From the NCBI GenBank assembly GCA_965203965.1, contig CBDBDR010000017.1, forward strand, positions 544,001 to 608,000: 64,000 nucleotides of DNA. The letters run 5' to 3'. The position numbers and the translations under genes are program-made. The notes beneath the pieces are model-generated. The model was given only the letters and a program-made list of their open reading frames with translations. It had not been told where the DNA came from and did no database searches. The DNA is from Thermodesulfobacteriota bacterium (lineage in GTDB: Bacteria; Desulfobacterota_D; UBA1144; Nemesobacterales; JAJCZQ01). Position 1 is the first letter of the stretch; each line of letters begins with the position of its first letter. This document shows positions 1 to 10,190 of this stretch, in pieces.

Positions 1-2252
1 GACACGCGGCTCCCGGCATATACTCACGAGCCTTTCTTGAAGGAAGGATCACACTTAAACAGATAAAGCATTACAGAAAGGAATTAACTTATAAAGATGG
101 GCTGTCGTCATACCCTCATCCATGGCTTATGCCAGATTTTTGGGAATTTCCCACTGTTTCAATGGGGCTTTCACCTATCATGGCAATATATCAGGCAAGG
201 TTCAACAGGTATCTTGAAGATAGGAAATTAAAAGAGAAAACAGACAGTAAGGTCTGGGTTTTTATGGGTGATGGTGAAACAGATGAGCCTGAATCACTTG
301 GAGCAATAACCCTCGCATCAAGAGAAAATCTGGACAACCTGATATTTGTTGTAAATTGCAATTTGCAGAGGTTGGACGGGCCTGTAAGAGGAAACGGGAA
401 TATAATACAGGAGCTTGAAAGAATATTCAGAGGCGCAGGCTGGAACGTTATTAAACTGATATGGGGAAATGACGTTGATCAGTTACTGGAAAACGACAAA
501 GATGGACTACTTGTTAAAAGAATGGAGAGTGCTCTGGACGGTGATTACCAGAAATATACCGTTGCAGATGGGTCATACATAAGAGAGCATTTTTTTGGCA
601 CACATCCAAAGCTAAAGGAACTTGTAAAATCATATTCAGACCAAGATCTTAAGAAACTGAGAAGAGGAGGGCATGATAGTGAAAAGGTCTATGCAGCATA
701 TAAGGCAGCGGTAGACCATAAAAATTCACCAACTGTTATACTTGCAAAAACAATAAAAGGATATGGCTTGGGTGAAGCAGGAGAGGGCAGGAACGTTACC
801 CACAATCAGAAAAAACTAAATGAACAGGAGTTAAAAAAATTCAGAACGCGTTTCAGCATACCTATATCCGATGAAGAAGTTGCGAGGGCACCTTTCTACA
901 AGCCCGATGATAACAGTCCTGAAACTAAGTATTTAAAACAACAAAGGGAAAAACTCGGAGGGTATATCCCTACAAGAAAAGTATATGGAGAGCCAATAAA
1001 AAGTTTTAATGAAACAATATTTGACGAGTTTTACAAGGGATCGGGAAGCAGGCCTGTTGCAACTACAATGGCATACGTAAGAATGTTGTCAAAACTTCTC
1101 AGAGACAAACAAATAGGTAAGTTGATAGTGCCTATTATTCCTGATGAAGCAAGGTCTTTCGGTATGGAATCGCTCTTTAGGCAGGCAGGTATATATTCAC
1201 ATATAGGACAGTTGTATGAACCTGTTGACTCAGACAAGTTCCTTTATTATAAGGAAGCAAAAGACGGACAGATACTTGAGGAAGGGATCACTGAAGCAGG
1301 AGCCTTTTCATCATTTATAGCTGCTGGCACTGCTTATGCAACTCACGGCGTAAATACTATCCCATTTTTCATGTTTTACTCAATGTTCGGTTTCCAGAGA
1401 ATAGGGGATCTGATCTGGACGGGATTAGACATGAAATGTAAAGGATTTCTTATAGGCTGTACATCAGGTAAGAGTTCATTTGCGGGAGAGGGTTTGCAAC
1501 ATCAGGATGGAAGCAGCCATCACACTGCTTTTTCTTACCCTACAATAATGGCTTATGACCCTGCTTACGCCTATGAGTTTGCGGTTATTATCAAAGATGG
1601 CATAAAACGTATGTATATGGAATACCAGGATGTTTTTTATTATATAACGCTGCTCAACGAGATATATGAACAACCTCCAATGCCTGAAGGAGTGGAAGAA
1701 GGAATAATCAAAGGCATGTATTGCTTCAAAAAAAACAACGGGGAAAATTCTGGTAAACATGTAAATCTTCTCGGAAGCGGCGGTGTCTTGAATCAAGCTA
1801 TAGCTGCCTCAAAAATACTAGAAGAATACGGGGTTCTGGCGGATATTTGGAGCGTAACAAGCTACAAGGAACTTTACAAAGATGCACAGGACGTGGAAAG
1901 ATGGAACATTTTGAATGCAGATAAGGAGCCGAGAAAAAATTATATTGAACAATGCTTTGATAAAAAAGACGATGATACAATATACGTTGCGGTCTGCGAC
2001 TACATAAAAGCGGTTCCTGGTGCGGTCTCAAAATGGTTTGGCAAGAATTTTACGACACTTGGTACGGACGGGTTCGGCAGAAGTGATAACAGAGAGATGT
2101 TGAGATATCATTTTGAGGTCAATCCAGAATACATAGCCTATATAAGTCTGGTAGAACTTTACCGTAAAGGTGTAATTGATAAAAAATTGCTGGATAAAGC
2201 AAAGAAACGACTTAAAATAGACACTGATAAACCAAACCCAATATTTGTATAA
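1..2252 (+). CDS. aceE: Pyruvate dehydrogenase E1 (homodimeric type), 5'-truncated by window edge
   Basis: Frame is open from position 3 (HAAPGIYSRAFLEGR...SSYPHPWLMPDFWEFPTVSMGL); TPP motif GDGETDE...NCNLQRLDGPV; followed by E2 and E3. Confidence 0.97.
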   Translation, partial: HAAPGIYSRAFLEGRITLKQIKHYRKELTYKDGLSSYPHPWLMPDFWEFPTVSMGLSPIMAIYQARFNRYLEDRKLKEKTDSKVWVFMGDGETDEPESLGAITLASRENLDNLIFVVNCNLQRLDGPVRGNGNIIQELERIFRGAGWNVIKLIWGNDVDQLLENDKDGLLVKRMESALDGDYQKYTVADGSYIREHFFGTHPKLKELVKSYSDQDLKKLRRGGHDSEKVYAAYKAAVDHKNSPTVILAKTIKGYGLGEAGEGRNVTHNQKKLNEQELKKFRTRFSIPISDEEVARAPFYKPDDNSPETKYLKQQREKLGGYIPTRKVYGEPIKSFNETIFDEFYKGSGSRPVATTMAYVRMLSKLLRDKQIGKLIVPIIPDEARSFGMESLFRQAGIYSHIGQLYEPVDSDKFLYYKEAKDGQILEEGITEAGAFSSFIAAGTAYATHGVNTIPFFMFYSMFGFQRIGDLIWTGLDMKCKGFLIGCTSGKSSFAGEGLQHQDGSSHHTAFSYPTIMAYDPAYAYEFAVIIKDGIKRMYMEYQDVFYYITLLNEIYEQPPMPEGVEEGIIKGMYCFKKNNGENSGKHVNLLGSGGVLNQAIAASKILEEYGVLADIWSVTSYKELYKDAQDVERWNILNADKEPRKNYIEQCFDKKDDDTIYVAVCDYIKAVPGAVSKWFGKNFTTLGTDGFGRSDNREMLRYHFEVNPEYIAYISLVELYRKGVIDKKLLDKAKKRLKIDTDKPNPIFV

Positions 2253-2261
2253 GGAGTTGTA

Positions 2262-3674
2262 ATGAATGATATAACCCTTCCTGAGATCGGTGAAGGAATA
2301 AAGCAAGCCTCAGTTGTAAACGTCTTTATATCTCATGGAGACTCAATACAAAAGGAACAGCCGGTAATAGAAATAGAGACAGACAAGGCTGCCATTGAAC
2401 TTCCATCCCCCTATGACGGAACAGTCAGTGAGGTGGCTGTAAAAGTAGGTGATACCATAGGTATTGGGCAACTCATAGCAAAAATTAATGATGAAGCGGT
2501 AAATGGCAAGGAAAAACCCACTGAAAAAGCAAAAGAAAAAAAAGCTACCGAGCCGACAACAGTAGAAATAGCAGAAAATGAAGCAGTAAATGGCAAGGAA
2601 AAGCCCACCAAAAAAGCAAAAGAGAAAAAAGCTACCGAGCCAACAATAGAAACAGATCAAGAGATAACTAAGGAAGTTAAACCTGAAAATAAAGAAGTTC
2701 AAGAACATGATAAACAGAGCGACTTGAAACCAATTATTGATAAAGATGAGAAAAAAGTCTCTGTTCCAGCTTCTCCTTCCACGCGTAAATTGGCACGACA
2801 ACTTGGAATTGACATTGGTCGGGTATCAGGAACTGGGCCCGGAGGTAGAATTTCAACTGAGGACGTCATAAAACACGCTAAAAATATAATAAGTAGCTAT
2901 GACCAACAAACGTCAACTCACAGGGGAGCTTACATACCAAATCTTCCAGATCTTCCTGATTTTAACAAATGGGGAAAGATAGAGACGGTAAAAATGAACA
3001 CAGTAAGAAGGCTCACAGCAGACAATCTTTCAATGGCGTGGACGATCCCGCATGTTACGCAGCACGATAAAGTAGACATTACAGAACTGGATGAGCTTAG
3101 AAAGAAAAACAAGCAGAAGGCGAAGGAAGCAGGAGGAAATCTAACGATCACACCGATCCTAATAAAGGTCGTTGCCTCAGCGTTGAAGGTTTTTCCTGAA
3201 TTTAATGCAAGCATAGACATAGAGAACAACAATATAATTTACAAACATTTTTACAATATCGGCTTTGCCGTTGATACCGATAGAGGGCTTTTTGTACCAA
3301 ACATAAGAAACGCAAATCAAAAAAACATAATAGAGATCGCCGCGGAATTATCAGATATATCAAACAGAGTGAGAAATAAAAAAATAACACCAGATGAATT
3401 AAAAGGCAGCACATTTACCGTCAGTAATCTTGGAGGTGTGGGAGGAACTTATTTTTCACCCATAATATACTATCCGGATGTTGCAATCCTCGGTGTCTCA
3501 CAATCAACTATTGAACCAGTTTATATAAACGGGGCGTTTGAGCCGAGATTGATGATGCCTTTGTCACTCTCCTATGACCACAGAATAATTGACGGTGTAG
3601 CTGCTGCTACGTTTCTTAGATGGTTGGTAAGAGCACTTGAAGAACCTTTCAAAATTCTTTTTGAAGGACACTAA
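2262..3674 (+). CDS. aceF: Dihydrolipoamide acetyltransferase (PDH E2), single lipoyl domain
   Basis: Lipoyl motif ETDKA, E3-binding ASPSTRKLARQLGID, catalytic SYDHRIIDG; AAGGAG RBS. Confidence 0.95.
   Translation: MNDITLPEIGEGIKQASVVNVFISHGDSIQKEQPVIEIETDKAAIELPSPYDGTVSEVAVKVGDTIGIGQLIAKINDEAVNGKEKPTEKAKEKKATEPTTVEIAENEAVNGKEKPTKKAKEKKATEPTIETDQEITKEVKPENKEVQEHDKQSDLKPIIDKDEKKVSVPASPSTRKLARQLGIDIGRVSGTGPGGRISTEDVIKHAKNIISSYDQQTSTHRGAYIPNLPDLPDFNKWGKIETVKMNTVRRLTADNLSMAWTIPHVTQHDKVDITELDELRKKNKQKAKEAGGNLTITPILIKVVASALKVFPEFNASIDIENNNIIYKHFYNIGFAVDTDRGLFVPNIRNANQKNIIEIAAELSDISNRVRNKKITPDELKGSTFTVSNLGGVGGTYFSPIIYYPDVAILGVSQSTIEPVYINGAFEPRLMMPLSLSYDHRIIDGVAAATFLRWLVRALEEPFKILFEGH
2491..2646 (+). 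repeat. Imperfect direct repeat (period 87 nt) in the E2 linker, EAVNGKEKPT(E/K)KAKEKKATEPT x2
   Basis: atgaagc(g/a)gtaaatggcaaggaaaa... starts at 2491 and 2578. Confidence 0.9.
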
Positions 3675-5080
3675 TGAGCATAAAGACACAGCTTGCAATA
3701 ATCGGTGCAGGGCCAGGTGGTTATCCCGCGGCTTTCAGAGCAGCAGATCTGGGAATTGAAGTTACACTTATAGACCGTGAGGAGAACCCAGGAGGCGTGT
3801 GTCTTTACCGTGGATGTATACCATCAAAAACACTACTTCACGTTGCAAAAGTCATAAATGAATCCAAACACGCAGAAAAACTCGGTATAACTTACGCCAA
3901 ACCTACAATAGACGTGAAAAAAGTGGCAAAATGGAAAGATGAAGTTGTAGCCAAGCTAACGGCAGGAACTGGTTTTTTGGTGAAAAAGAGAAAGATCAAT
4001 TATATAAAAGGAAATGCAATACTCAGTGATACTCAAACAATAGAAGTTACAAAGCAAAAAGGGGATAAGGAAACTATCAGCTTTGAAAACTGTATTATCG
4101 CAACGGGATCCAGACCGAGTGATATACCGGGAATAAAAGTTGACAATAAAAAAATACTCAATTCAAAAGGTGCTTTAGACCTTGAAAAGGTGCCGAAAGA
4201 ACTATTGGTCGTGGGAGGTGGATACATAGGACTTGAAATGGGAACGGTGTATTCAGCACTCGGGTCAAACGTTACAGTAGTGGAAATGCTTGATTCCATA
4301 CTTGAGACAGTAGATAAAGACCTATCCAACATTCTTCATAAAAAATTAGAGAAGGAATTTAAATCAATTCTGCTTGGGACAAAAGTGCTTGAAGTCAACA
4401 ATACGAAGCGGGGTTTGAAGGTAACATTTGAAAACAAAGGAGACGGTATTTTTGAACGTGAATACGACAAAATACTCATATCAGTAGGACGAAAACCTAA
4501 CATTGACGGTCTTGGTCTTGAGAATACAAACGTAAAAATAAGCAAAGAAGGTTTTATTCAAACAGATCAGCAGAGAAGAACAAATGAGCCTAATATCTAT
4601 GCGGTTGGGGACGTGGCAGGCGAACCAATGCTTGCTCACAAGGCTACACATGAAGGTAGAGTGGCTGCCGAGGTTATTGCCGGCAAAGACGTTGCATACG
4701 ATGCCTCCTCTGTACCAGCGGTAATTTTTACAGACCCTGAAATTGCATGGTGCGGATTAACCGAAGAAGAGGCAAAGGAAAAAAACATTGATGTAAAAGT
4801 AACTAAATTCCCCTGGGGGGCATCTGGCAAAGCAACCATCCTTGATAGAACAGATGGATTGACAAAACTGGTTTTTGAAACTGAAACTGAGCGGTTGCTT
4901 GGTGTCGGAATAGTAGGAGCAGGAGCAGGAGAGCTTATATCTGAGGGAGTGCTTGCAGTGGAAATGGGGTCTCTTGTGTCTGACATATCACTGTCCATAC
5001 ACCCGCACCCAACCCTTACCGAAACCTTTATGGAAGCGGCGGAAATGTTTCATGGAAACAGCACACATTTAATAAGATAA
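3674..5080 (+). CDS. lpdA: Dihydrolipoamide dehydrogenase (E3)
   Basis: GAGPGG FAD motif, GGVCLYRGCIPSK redox disulfide, HPHPTLTE. Confidence 0.97.
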   Translation: MSIKTQLAIIGAGPGGYPAAFRAADLGIEVTLIDREENPGGVCLYRGCIPSKTLLHVAKVINESKHAEKLGITYAKPTIDVKKVAKWKDEVVAKLTAGTGFLVKKRKINYIKGNAILSDTQTIEVTKQKGDKETISFENCIIATGSRPSDIPGIKVDNKKILNSKGALDLEKVPKELLVVGGGYIGLEMGTVYSALGSNVTVVEMLDSILETVDKDLSNILHKKLEKEFKSILLGTKVLEVNNTKRGLKVTFENKGDGIFEREYDKILISVGRKPNIDGLGLENTNVKISKEGFIQTDQQRRTNEPNIYAVGDVAGEPMLAHKATHEGRVAAEVIAGKDVAYDASSVPAVIFTDPEIAWCGLTEEEAKEKNIDVKVTKFPWGASGKATILDRTDGLTKLVFETETERLLGVGIVGAGAGELISEGVLAVEMGSLVSDISLSIHPHPTLTETFMEAAEMFHGNSTHLIR

Positions 5081-5082
5081 AA

Positions 5083-5436
5083 TTGAGCGAGCTTGCTATG
5101 GAAATTCTCATATCTATGAAAGCCGACGACATGAACAGAACAAAGTTCCGCAATCTTCAGATGGATATGCCTGCAACTCAGGTTAATGGTCACTTTGTGG
5201 CTGAAATTAGAGAGTCGGACGACAAAACCATCAATTTACTTAAAAGATACGGGGAAATACTGCTGAAAAAGCTCAACAAAGGTGGAAACTATGCAGTGGA
5301 ATATACTGATATAGGTTTTAAGTTGAAAAAGCAGGTTGATAGTGAAAAAGACTACATGGAAGAATGGGAAAAATGGGTGGAATTCTCCAGAGAACTTTAC
5401 GAGGAACTTGAAGCATTTTTTGAGGAAGAAAACTGA
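5083..5436 (+). CDS. Hypothetical protein (start may be ATG at 5098)
   Basis: 117-aa ORF fills the gap between lpdA and ileS on the same strand; no recognisable motif. Confidence 0.7.
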   Translation: MSELAMEILISMKADDMNRTKFRNLQMDMPATQVNGHFVAEIRESDDKTINLLKRYGEILLKKLNKGGNYAVEYTDIGFKLKKQVDSEKDYMEEWEKWVEFSRELYEELEAFFEEEN

Positions 5437-5463
5437 ATTTTACTGCATTTGACCTATAAATGA

Positions 5464-8409
5464 ATGATGTCTAAAAAAGAAAAAACAAATTACAAAAACA
5501 GTTTGAACCTTCCTAAAACCAGCTTTTCAATGAAAGCTAATCTAATTCATAAAGAACCCGATATGCAGAAAATATGGGATCGGGAAAACCTGTATGAAAA
5601 TATAAGAAAACAGTCTGCTGGTAGAAATAAATTCATCTTTCACGATGGCCCCCCTTATGCAAACGGTCCAATTCACCTTGGACACCTTTTGAACAAAGTC
5701 CTTAAAGACTTCGTGGTAAGATCAAAGACAATGGAAGGGTATGATGTGGATTTTGTTCCCGGATGGGATTGTCATGGGCTCCCCATTGAGCATAAAGTCC
5801 TTAAAGACTTGAGAGATAAGGCAAAAAATTACACTAAACTGCAGATCAGGAACAAATGCCAAAGTTATGCGAGCAAATTTGTAAAAATACAATCAAAGCA
5901 GATGAAGAGGCTCGGGACAATTGGTAATTATAATGACCCTTACATGACCATGGTTTCTGGGTATGAGGTGGGCGTTTTAGAAGTATTTGCATCTCTCATG
6001 GATAACGGTCTTGTTTATAGAGATTTGAAACCTGTCCATTGGTCAATTGAAAACCAGACCGCTCTTGCAGATGCAGAACTTGAATACTATGAAAGAACAG
6101 ATAAAAGTGCATTTGTCCTTTTTCGTATAAATCAAACTGAAAATCTACCCGAGTCGTTAAATGCTTCATCGGAAGACACTTTTTTAATGATATGGACAAC
6201 AACGCCCTGGACGCTCCCGGCAAACCTCGCAGTTGCTGTTTCACCAATAGGTAATTACGGCTTATACGAGTTAAATCACAAGGGAAAGAAGGTTTTTGCA
6301 GTTCTATCCGAGTTACTTGCTGAAAAGGTGCTTGCCAAAGTAGGTGTCAGTAAATTCAAAAAGATCGGAAGCTGTACGGGAAAAGAACTTGTTGAAAGCA
6401 CCATTACTTATGACCATCCATTTGCGGGAAGGGATGGAGTTGTTGTAAGTGCAGAATACGTTACTTTTGAGGATGGAACAGGACTTGTTCACATTGCCCC
6501 GGGGCATGGAATTGAGGATTATCAGACCGGATTGAAAGAAGGGCTGGATGTTTACTGTCCCGTTCTGGCCGACGGCACATTTGATGAAACCGTCCCAGAT
6601 TGGCTTCAAGGTGTAGACGTCTGGAAAGGCAATCAATCGGTAATTGATAGTTTAAAGCAAAGTGAAAACCTGTTTTTTGAAGAGGAATACACACACAGCT
6701 ATCCACACGACTGGCGTAGCAAAACACCGACGATCTTCAGGGCTGCTGAACAGTGGTTCATAAACGTGGATAAACCTTATGGCAAAGATAAGAGGACGCT
6801 GAGAGAAAAAGCGATTGAAAGTGCTACAAACGAGATCAAATTCTTTCCTGAATGGGGAAAAAACAGGTTAAAAGGCATGCTTGAAGCACGACCAGACTGG
6901 TGTATATCAAGGCAACGATCATGGGGGTTGCCAATACCTTATTTTGTTAATGATGAGGGAGAATATCTCTTAACGGCAAAGATTGTAAAGCTGATCACCT
7001 CCAGAATAGCTGAAAAAGGGTCTAACGTGTGGTTTTTAGAAGATGCCGCAAATATGCTTGAGGGTTATGATCCTCTAGATGATCCTGACGCTCCAGATTG
7101 GATAAAAGAAAATCCTGAATTGGTGAAAAACGGCTTAAAGAAGGGGACGGATATATTTGACGTGTGGTTTGAATCTGGATCTTCATGGAAGGCAGTTCTT
7201 AAACATCCAGATAGAAATATAGGCTATCCAGCAGACCTTTATCTTGAAGGCTCTGACCAGCATCGTGGCTGGTTCCAGTCATCATTGCTCACTGCTATTG
7301 GAGCAACAGATATACCTCCATTCAAAGCACTCCTTACTCATGGTTTCATGGTTGATGCAGATGGCAAAAAGATGAGCAAATCCGGCGGCAATGCATTAGA
7401 GGTAGACGAACTATTAAAAAACTATGGGGCAGATATATGCAGGTGGTGGGTCAGCACGCTAAAATACTCCAACGATATAAAAACGGATTGGAAATACTTC
7501 AAAGTCGCAGCCGATGAATACAGAAAGATCAGGAATACAATAAGATTCTTATTGGGTAATACGAGTGATTTTGATCCCGTAAAAGATAAAATCATATTTA
7601 CTGATGAAGACAGATTTTCCATTGATTACTGGGTTTATGCCAATCTTTCAAAATTTGTTTTGGAAGCTAAAAAAGCCTATAGTGAATTTGATTATAAACG
7701 TGTTAGTGAACTAACGTTTAACTTCTGCAGTGATACATTAAGTTCGGTTTATCTGGCAGCTATAAAAGACAGGCTGTATTGTGATAAAAGGAACAGCAGG
7801 CGCCGCAGACGCTCGCAGACAGTTATGTATGAAATAGCAGACAGTTTAATAAGACTGCTTGCTCCCATACTTGTAACCACGGCTGATGAAGCATATAGGT
7901 GTCTTGGTGAACTACGTGGAACTGATGAAGTAAAAAGTGTACATCTTACTGAATTTCCTACCATTCCTAGTATTGAACTTGATAACGTCTGGAATGAAAT
8001 TTTCAGCATAAGAAACGAATCCCTCAAGGAACTTGAAAAAACCAAAAATGACGGGGTCTCAAATCCATTGGATGCTGGTATTAAGGTGAGTTTTAACACT
8101 GATTTTTTTAACACTGATTTCTTTAGTATCATAAAACCTTATGAGCCTGAACTTGCCGATCTTTGTGGAGTAAGTCGTTTCAATGTTGTTACAATCACGC
8201 CAAAGGTTATTAAAGGTGGTCATGCAATCACGCCAAAGGTTATTAAAGGTGGTCATGCAATCACGCCAAAGGTTATTAGCGTTGAAGTTTATAGTTTAAC
8301 TACAGAGGTTCGGTGTGAAAGGTCATGGAAACGTGACGAAACTGTAAAACAAAGAGCAGATGGTGGAATGCTCAGCGATAGAGATGCCGAGGCAATTGAA
8401 ATTAATTAA
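5464..8409 (+). CDS. ileS: Isoleucyl-tRNA synthetase (type 1)
   Basis: DGPPYANG-HLGH, PGWDCHGLP, WTTTPWT, WCISRQR, EGSDQHRGWF, KMSKS. Confidence 0.97.
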   Translation: MMSKKEKTNYKNSLNLPKTSFSMKANLIHKEPDMQKIWDRENLYENIRKQSAGRNKFIFHDGPPYANGPIHLGHLLNKVLKDFVVRSKTMEGYDVDFVPGWDCHGLPIEHKVLKDLRDKAKNYTKLQIRNKCQSYASKFVKIQSKQMKRLGTIGNYNDPYMTMVSGYEVGVLEVFASLMDNGLVYRDLKPVHWSIENQTALADAELEYYERTDKSAFVLFRINQTENLPESLNASSEDTFLMIWTTTPWTLPANLAVAVSPIGNYGLYELNHKGKKVFAVLSELLAEKVLAKVGVSKFKKIGSCTGKELVESTITYDHPFAGRDGVVVSAEYVTFEDGTGLVHIAPGHGIEDYQTGLKEGLDVYCPVLADGTFDETVPDWLQGVDVWKGNQSVIDSLKQSENLFFEEEYTHSYPHDWRSKTPTIFRAAEQWFINVDKPYGKDKRTLREKAIESATNEIKFFPEWGKNRLKGMLEARPDWCISRQRSWGLPIPYFVNDEGEYLLTAKIVKLITSRIAEKGSNVWFLEDAANMLEGYDPLDDPDAPDWIKENPELVKNGLKKGTDIFDVWFESGSSWKAVLKHPDRNIGYPADLYLEGSDQHRGWFQSSLLTAIGATDIPPFKALLTHGFMVDADGKKMSKSGGNALEVDELLKNYGADICRWWVSTLKYSNDIKTDWKYFKVAADEYRKIRNTIRFLLGNTSDFDPVKDKIIFTDEDRFSIDYWVYANLSKFVLEAKKAYSEFDYKRVSELTFNFCSDTLSSVYLAAIKDRLYCDKRNSRRRRRSQTVMYEIADSLIRLLAPILVTTADEAYRCLGELRGTDEVKSVHLTEFPTIPSIELDNVWNEIFSIRNESLKELEKTKNDGVSNPLDAGIKVSFNTDFFNTDFFSIIKPYEPELADLCGVSRFNVVTITPKVIKGGHAITPKVIKGGHAITPKVISVEVYSLTTEVRCERSWKRDETVKQRADGGMLSDRDAEAIEIN
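8091..8120 (+). repeat. 15-nt tandem duplication in ileS (FNTDF x2)
   Basis: ttttaacactgattt at 8091-8105 and 8106-8120. Confidence 0.85.
8192..8278 (+). repeat. 33-nt perfect tandem repeat x2.6 in ileS (ITPKVIKGGHA)
   Basis: caatcacgccaaaggttattaaaggtggtcatg at 8192 and 8225, partial copy at 8258. Confidence 0.95.
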
Positions 8410-8413
8410 GGTT

Positions 8414-8755
8414 TTATCCGGGTGGCCAGGTCATTTTTCGTCCACCTAAAAGATGAAAATGAAGATGAAAGACGCTCTGACCAGCATCTGAATTTATATT
8501 TGTTACCACGCGATAGCCACTTTCCTCAATTCCTTCCTGCCTTGCTATTTCTGACGTTTTAACCATTAAATGCCCTAAAATTTCCAGATCCTCGCTTTCT
8601 GCCGTAGCCAAAGATACAATCTCTTTCTTCGGTATTACAAGAATGTGAACGGGTGCCTGCGGCTTTATATCCCTGAATGCAAGGCATATATCATCCTCGT
8701 AAACTATATCAGCGGAAATCTCTCTATTTATTATCTGCCTAAATATTGTACTCAT
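8414..8755 (-). CDS. HIT-family nucleotide-binding protein (HinT-like)
   Basis: AFRDIKPQAPVHILVIPK and HLHFH triad, C-terminal GGRKMTWPPG. Confidence 0.93.
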   Translation of the reverse strand: MSTIFRQIINREISADIVYEDDICLAFRDIKPQAPVHILVIPKKEIVSLATAESEDLEILGHLMVKTSEIARQEGIEESGYRVVTNINSDAGQSVFHLHFHLLGGRKMTWPPG

Positions 8756-8979
8756 TGAATTGATTTACCCTTTGAATGAGAAGTAAACAATACATTAAAA
8801 TTGACAAATTTGTTATTGAGATTTTCTTTAACAAAATTTAATAAATTAGGTTAAGTTTAATATTATTCAATAATAACAATGTATTATACTTTATTTTTAA
8901 TATATTACTCTAACTATATTAAATGGCTGATAAGATATATTATGTAAACTATATTTTTATTAACAAAAAAACCATAATC

Positions 8980-9008
8980 TTGAACAAACTTATCTCAGAG
9001 ATTATAAT
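8980..9008 (+). promoter_or_regulatory. Putative sigma70 promoter for the FmdB-SDR genes
   Basis: TTGAAC (8980-8985), 17-nt spacer, TATAAT (9003-9008); GGAG RBS before ATG 9045. Confidence 0.65.
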
Positions 9009-9044
9009 TAACTCTATTCCCACAATTACTTATGGAGATACAAA

Positions 9045-9389
9045 ATGCCCATATATGAATATCAATGTCAACAGTGTGAATACATGTTTGAGGAAATACA
9101 GGGATTCAATGACGAACCAATAAGAAAATGTCCGAAATGCAAAAAAAATAAGGTTACAAGATTAATATCCCTTTCAGCTTTTCATCTGCAGGGATCAGGC
9201 TGGTATGAAACTGATTACGGTAAAAAAAAGAAAGCTTCAACTGGTCCATCTCCATCCAAAAAAGAAAAAACTGGAGATACTGCCACGGAAACCGTAACAT
9301 CCGGAACACCTGATGGAGAGTCTTCTTCCGCTACTATTGATTCAATAAAAAAGGACACTGCCAAAGCCAAAGGATCAAAAGTTATATGA
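9045..9389 (+). CDS. FmdB-family zinc-ribbon putative regulator with low-complexity tail
   Basis: MPIYEYQCQQC...CPKC...GSGWYETDY. Confidence 0.9.
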   Translation: MPIYEYQCQQCEYMFEEIQGFNDEPIRKCPKCKKNKVTRLISLSAFHLQGSGWYETDYGKKKKASTGPSPSKKEKTGDTATETVTSGTPDGESSSATIDSIKKDTAKAKGSKVI

Positions 9390-10177
9390 ATTTAGGTATA
9401 AAAGATAAAATTGCGATAATATCAGCATCTAGCAAGGGATTGGGTAAAGCATGTGCCGAAGAACTGGCAGCTGAAGGATGTAATTTGACGATATTTTCAA
9501 GAAATCTGGCAAATATTACCAAGACAGCAAATGAAATAAGAGACAAATACAAAGTCAATATTTTATGTATAAAAGCCGATGCTAGCAATTCTAAAGACAT
9601 AAAAAACGTCGTTAAATTCACTATAAAAGAGTATAAGACCGTTCATATCCTCATAAATAATGCAGGTGGTCCACCCTTTGGCTATTTTGAGGATTTCAAT
9701 TCAAACGACTGGCAAAAAGCATTGGAATTAAATCTGTTAAGTGTTGTTAATTTAACTAAAGAGGCTATTCCATATATGAAAAAACAACAATGGGGTAGAA
9801 TCATTAACATCACGTCAATCGCCGTAAAGCAGCCCATAGATGGACTTATACTTTCCAATACGGCAAGAACAGGAGTAATTGGTTTTGCCAAAACGCTGTC
9901 AAATGAATATGGAAAATATAATATATTGATCAACAATGTATGTCCCGGGAGAATAATGACCGACAGAATAACCGAACTTGCTGAAAAAAGAGCCAAAGAA
10001 ATAAAGAAAAGCGTAAAATCAGTTATAAAAAGTATGGAATCCGATATACCGGTTGGAAGAATTGGCACTCCCCGGGAACTTGCTTCAATGGTAGCCTTTC
10101 TATCTTCAGAAAAAGCCAGCTATATAACAGGAAATACTATCCAGTTAGATGGTGGATTGAATAAAGGGTTGTTTTAA
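9386..10177 (+). CDS. Short-chain dehydrogenase/reductase
   Basis: ASSKGLG, NNAGGPP, ITSIAVKQP, YITG; overlaps the upstream gene by ATGA. Confidence 0.9.
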   Translation: MNLGIKDKIAIISASSKGLGKACAEELAAEGCNLTIFSRNLANITKTANEIRDKYKVNILCIKADASNSKDIKNVVKFTIKEYKTVHILINNAGGPPFGYFEDFNSNDWQKALELNLLSVVNLTKEAIPYMKKQQWGRIINITSIAVKQPIDGLILSNTARTGVIGFAKTLSNEYGKYNILINNVCPGRIMTDRITELAEKRAKEIKKSVKSVIKSMESDIPVGRIGTPRELASMVAFLSSEKASYITGNTIQLDGGLNKGLF

Positions 10178-10190
10178 AATCTTGCCAATA

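Noticed and set aside
8756..9044. Very AT-rich spacer as replication origin, and ORF 8923-9123
   Set aside because: No DnaA-box cluster seen; explained by divergent promoters; the ORF overlaps the FmdB gene out of frame
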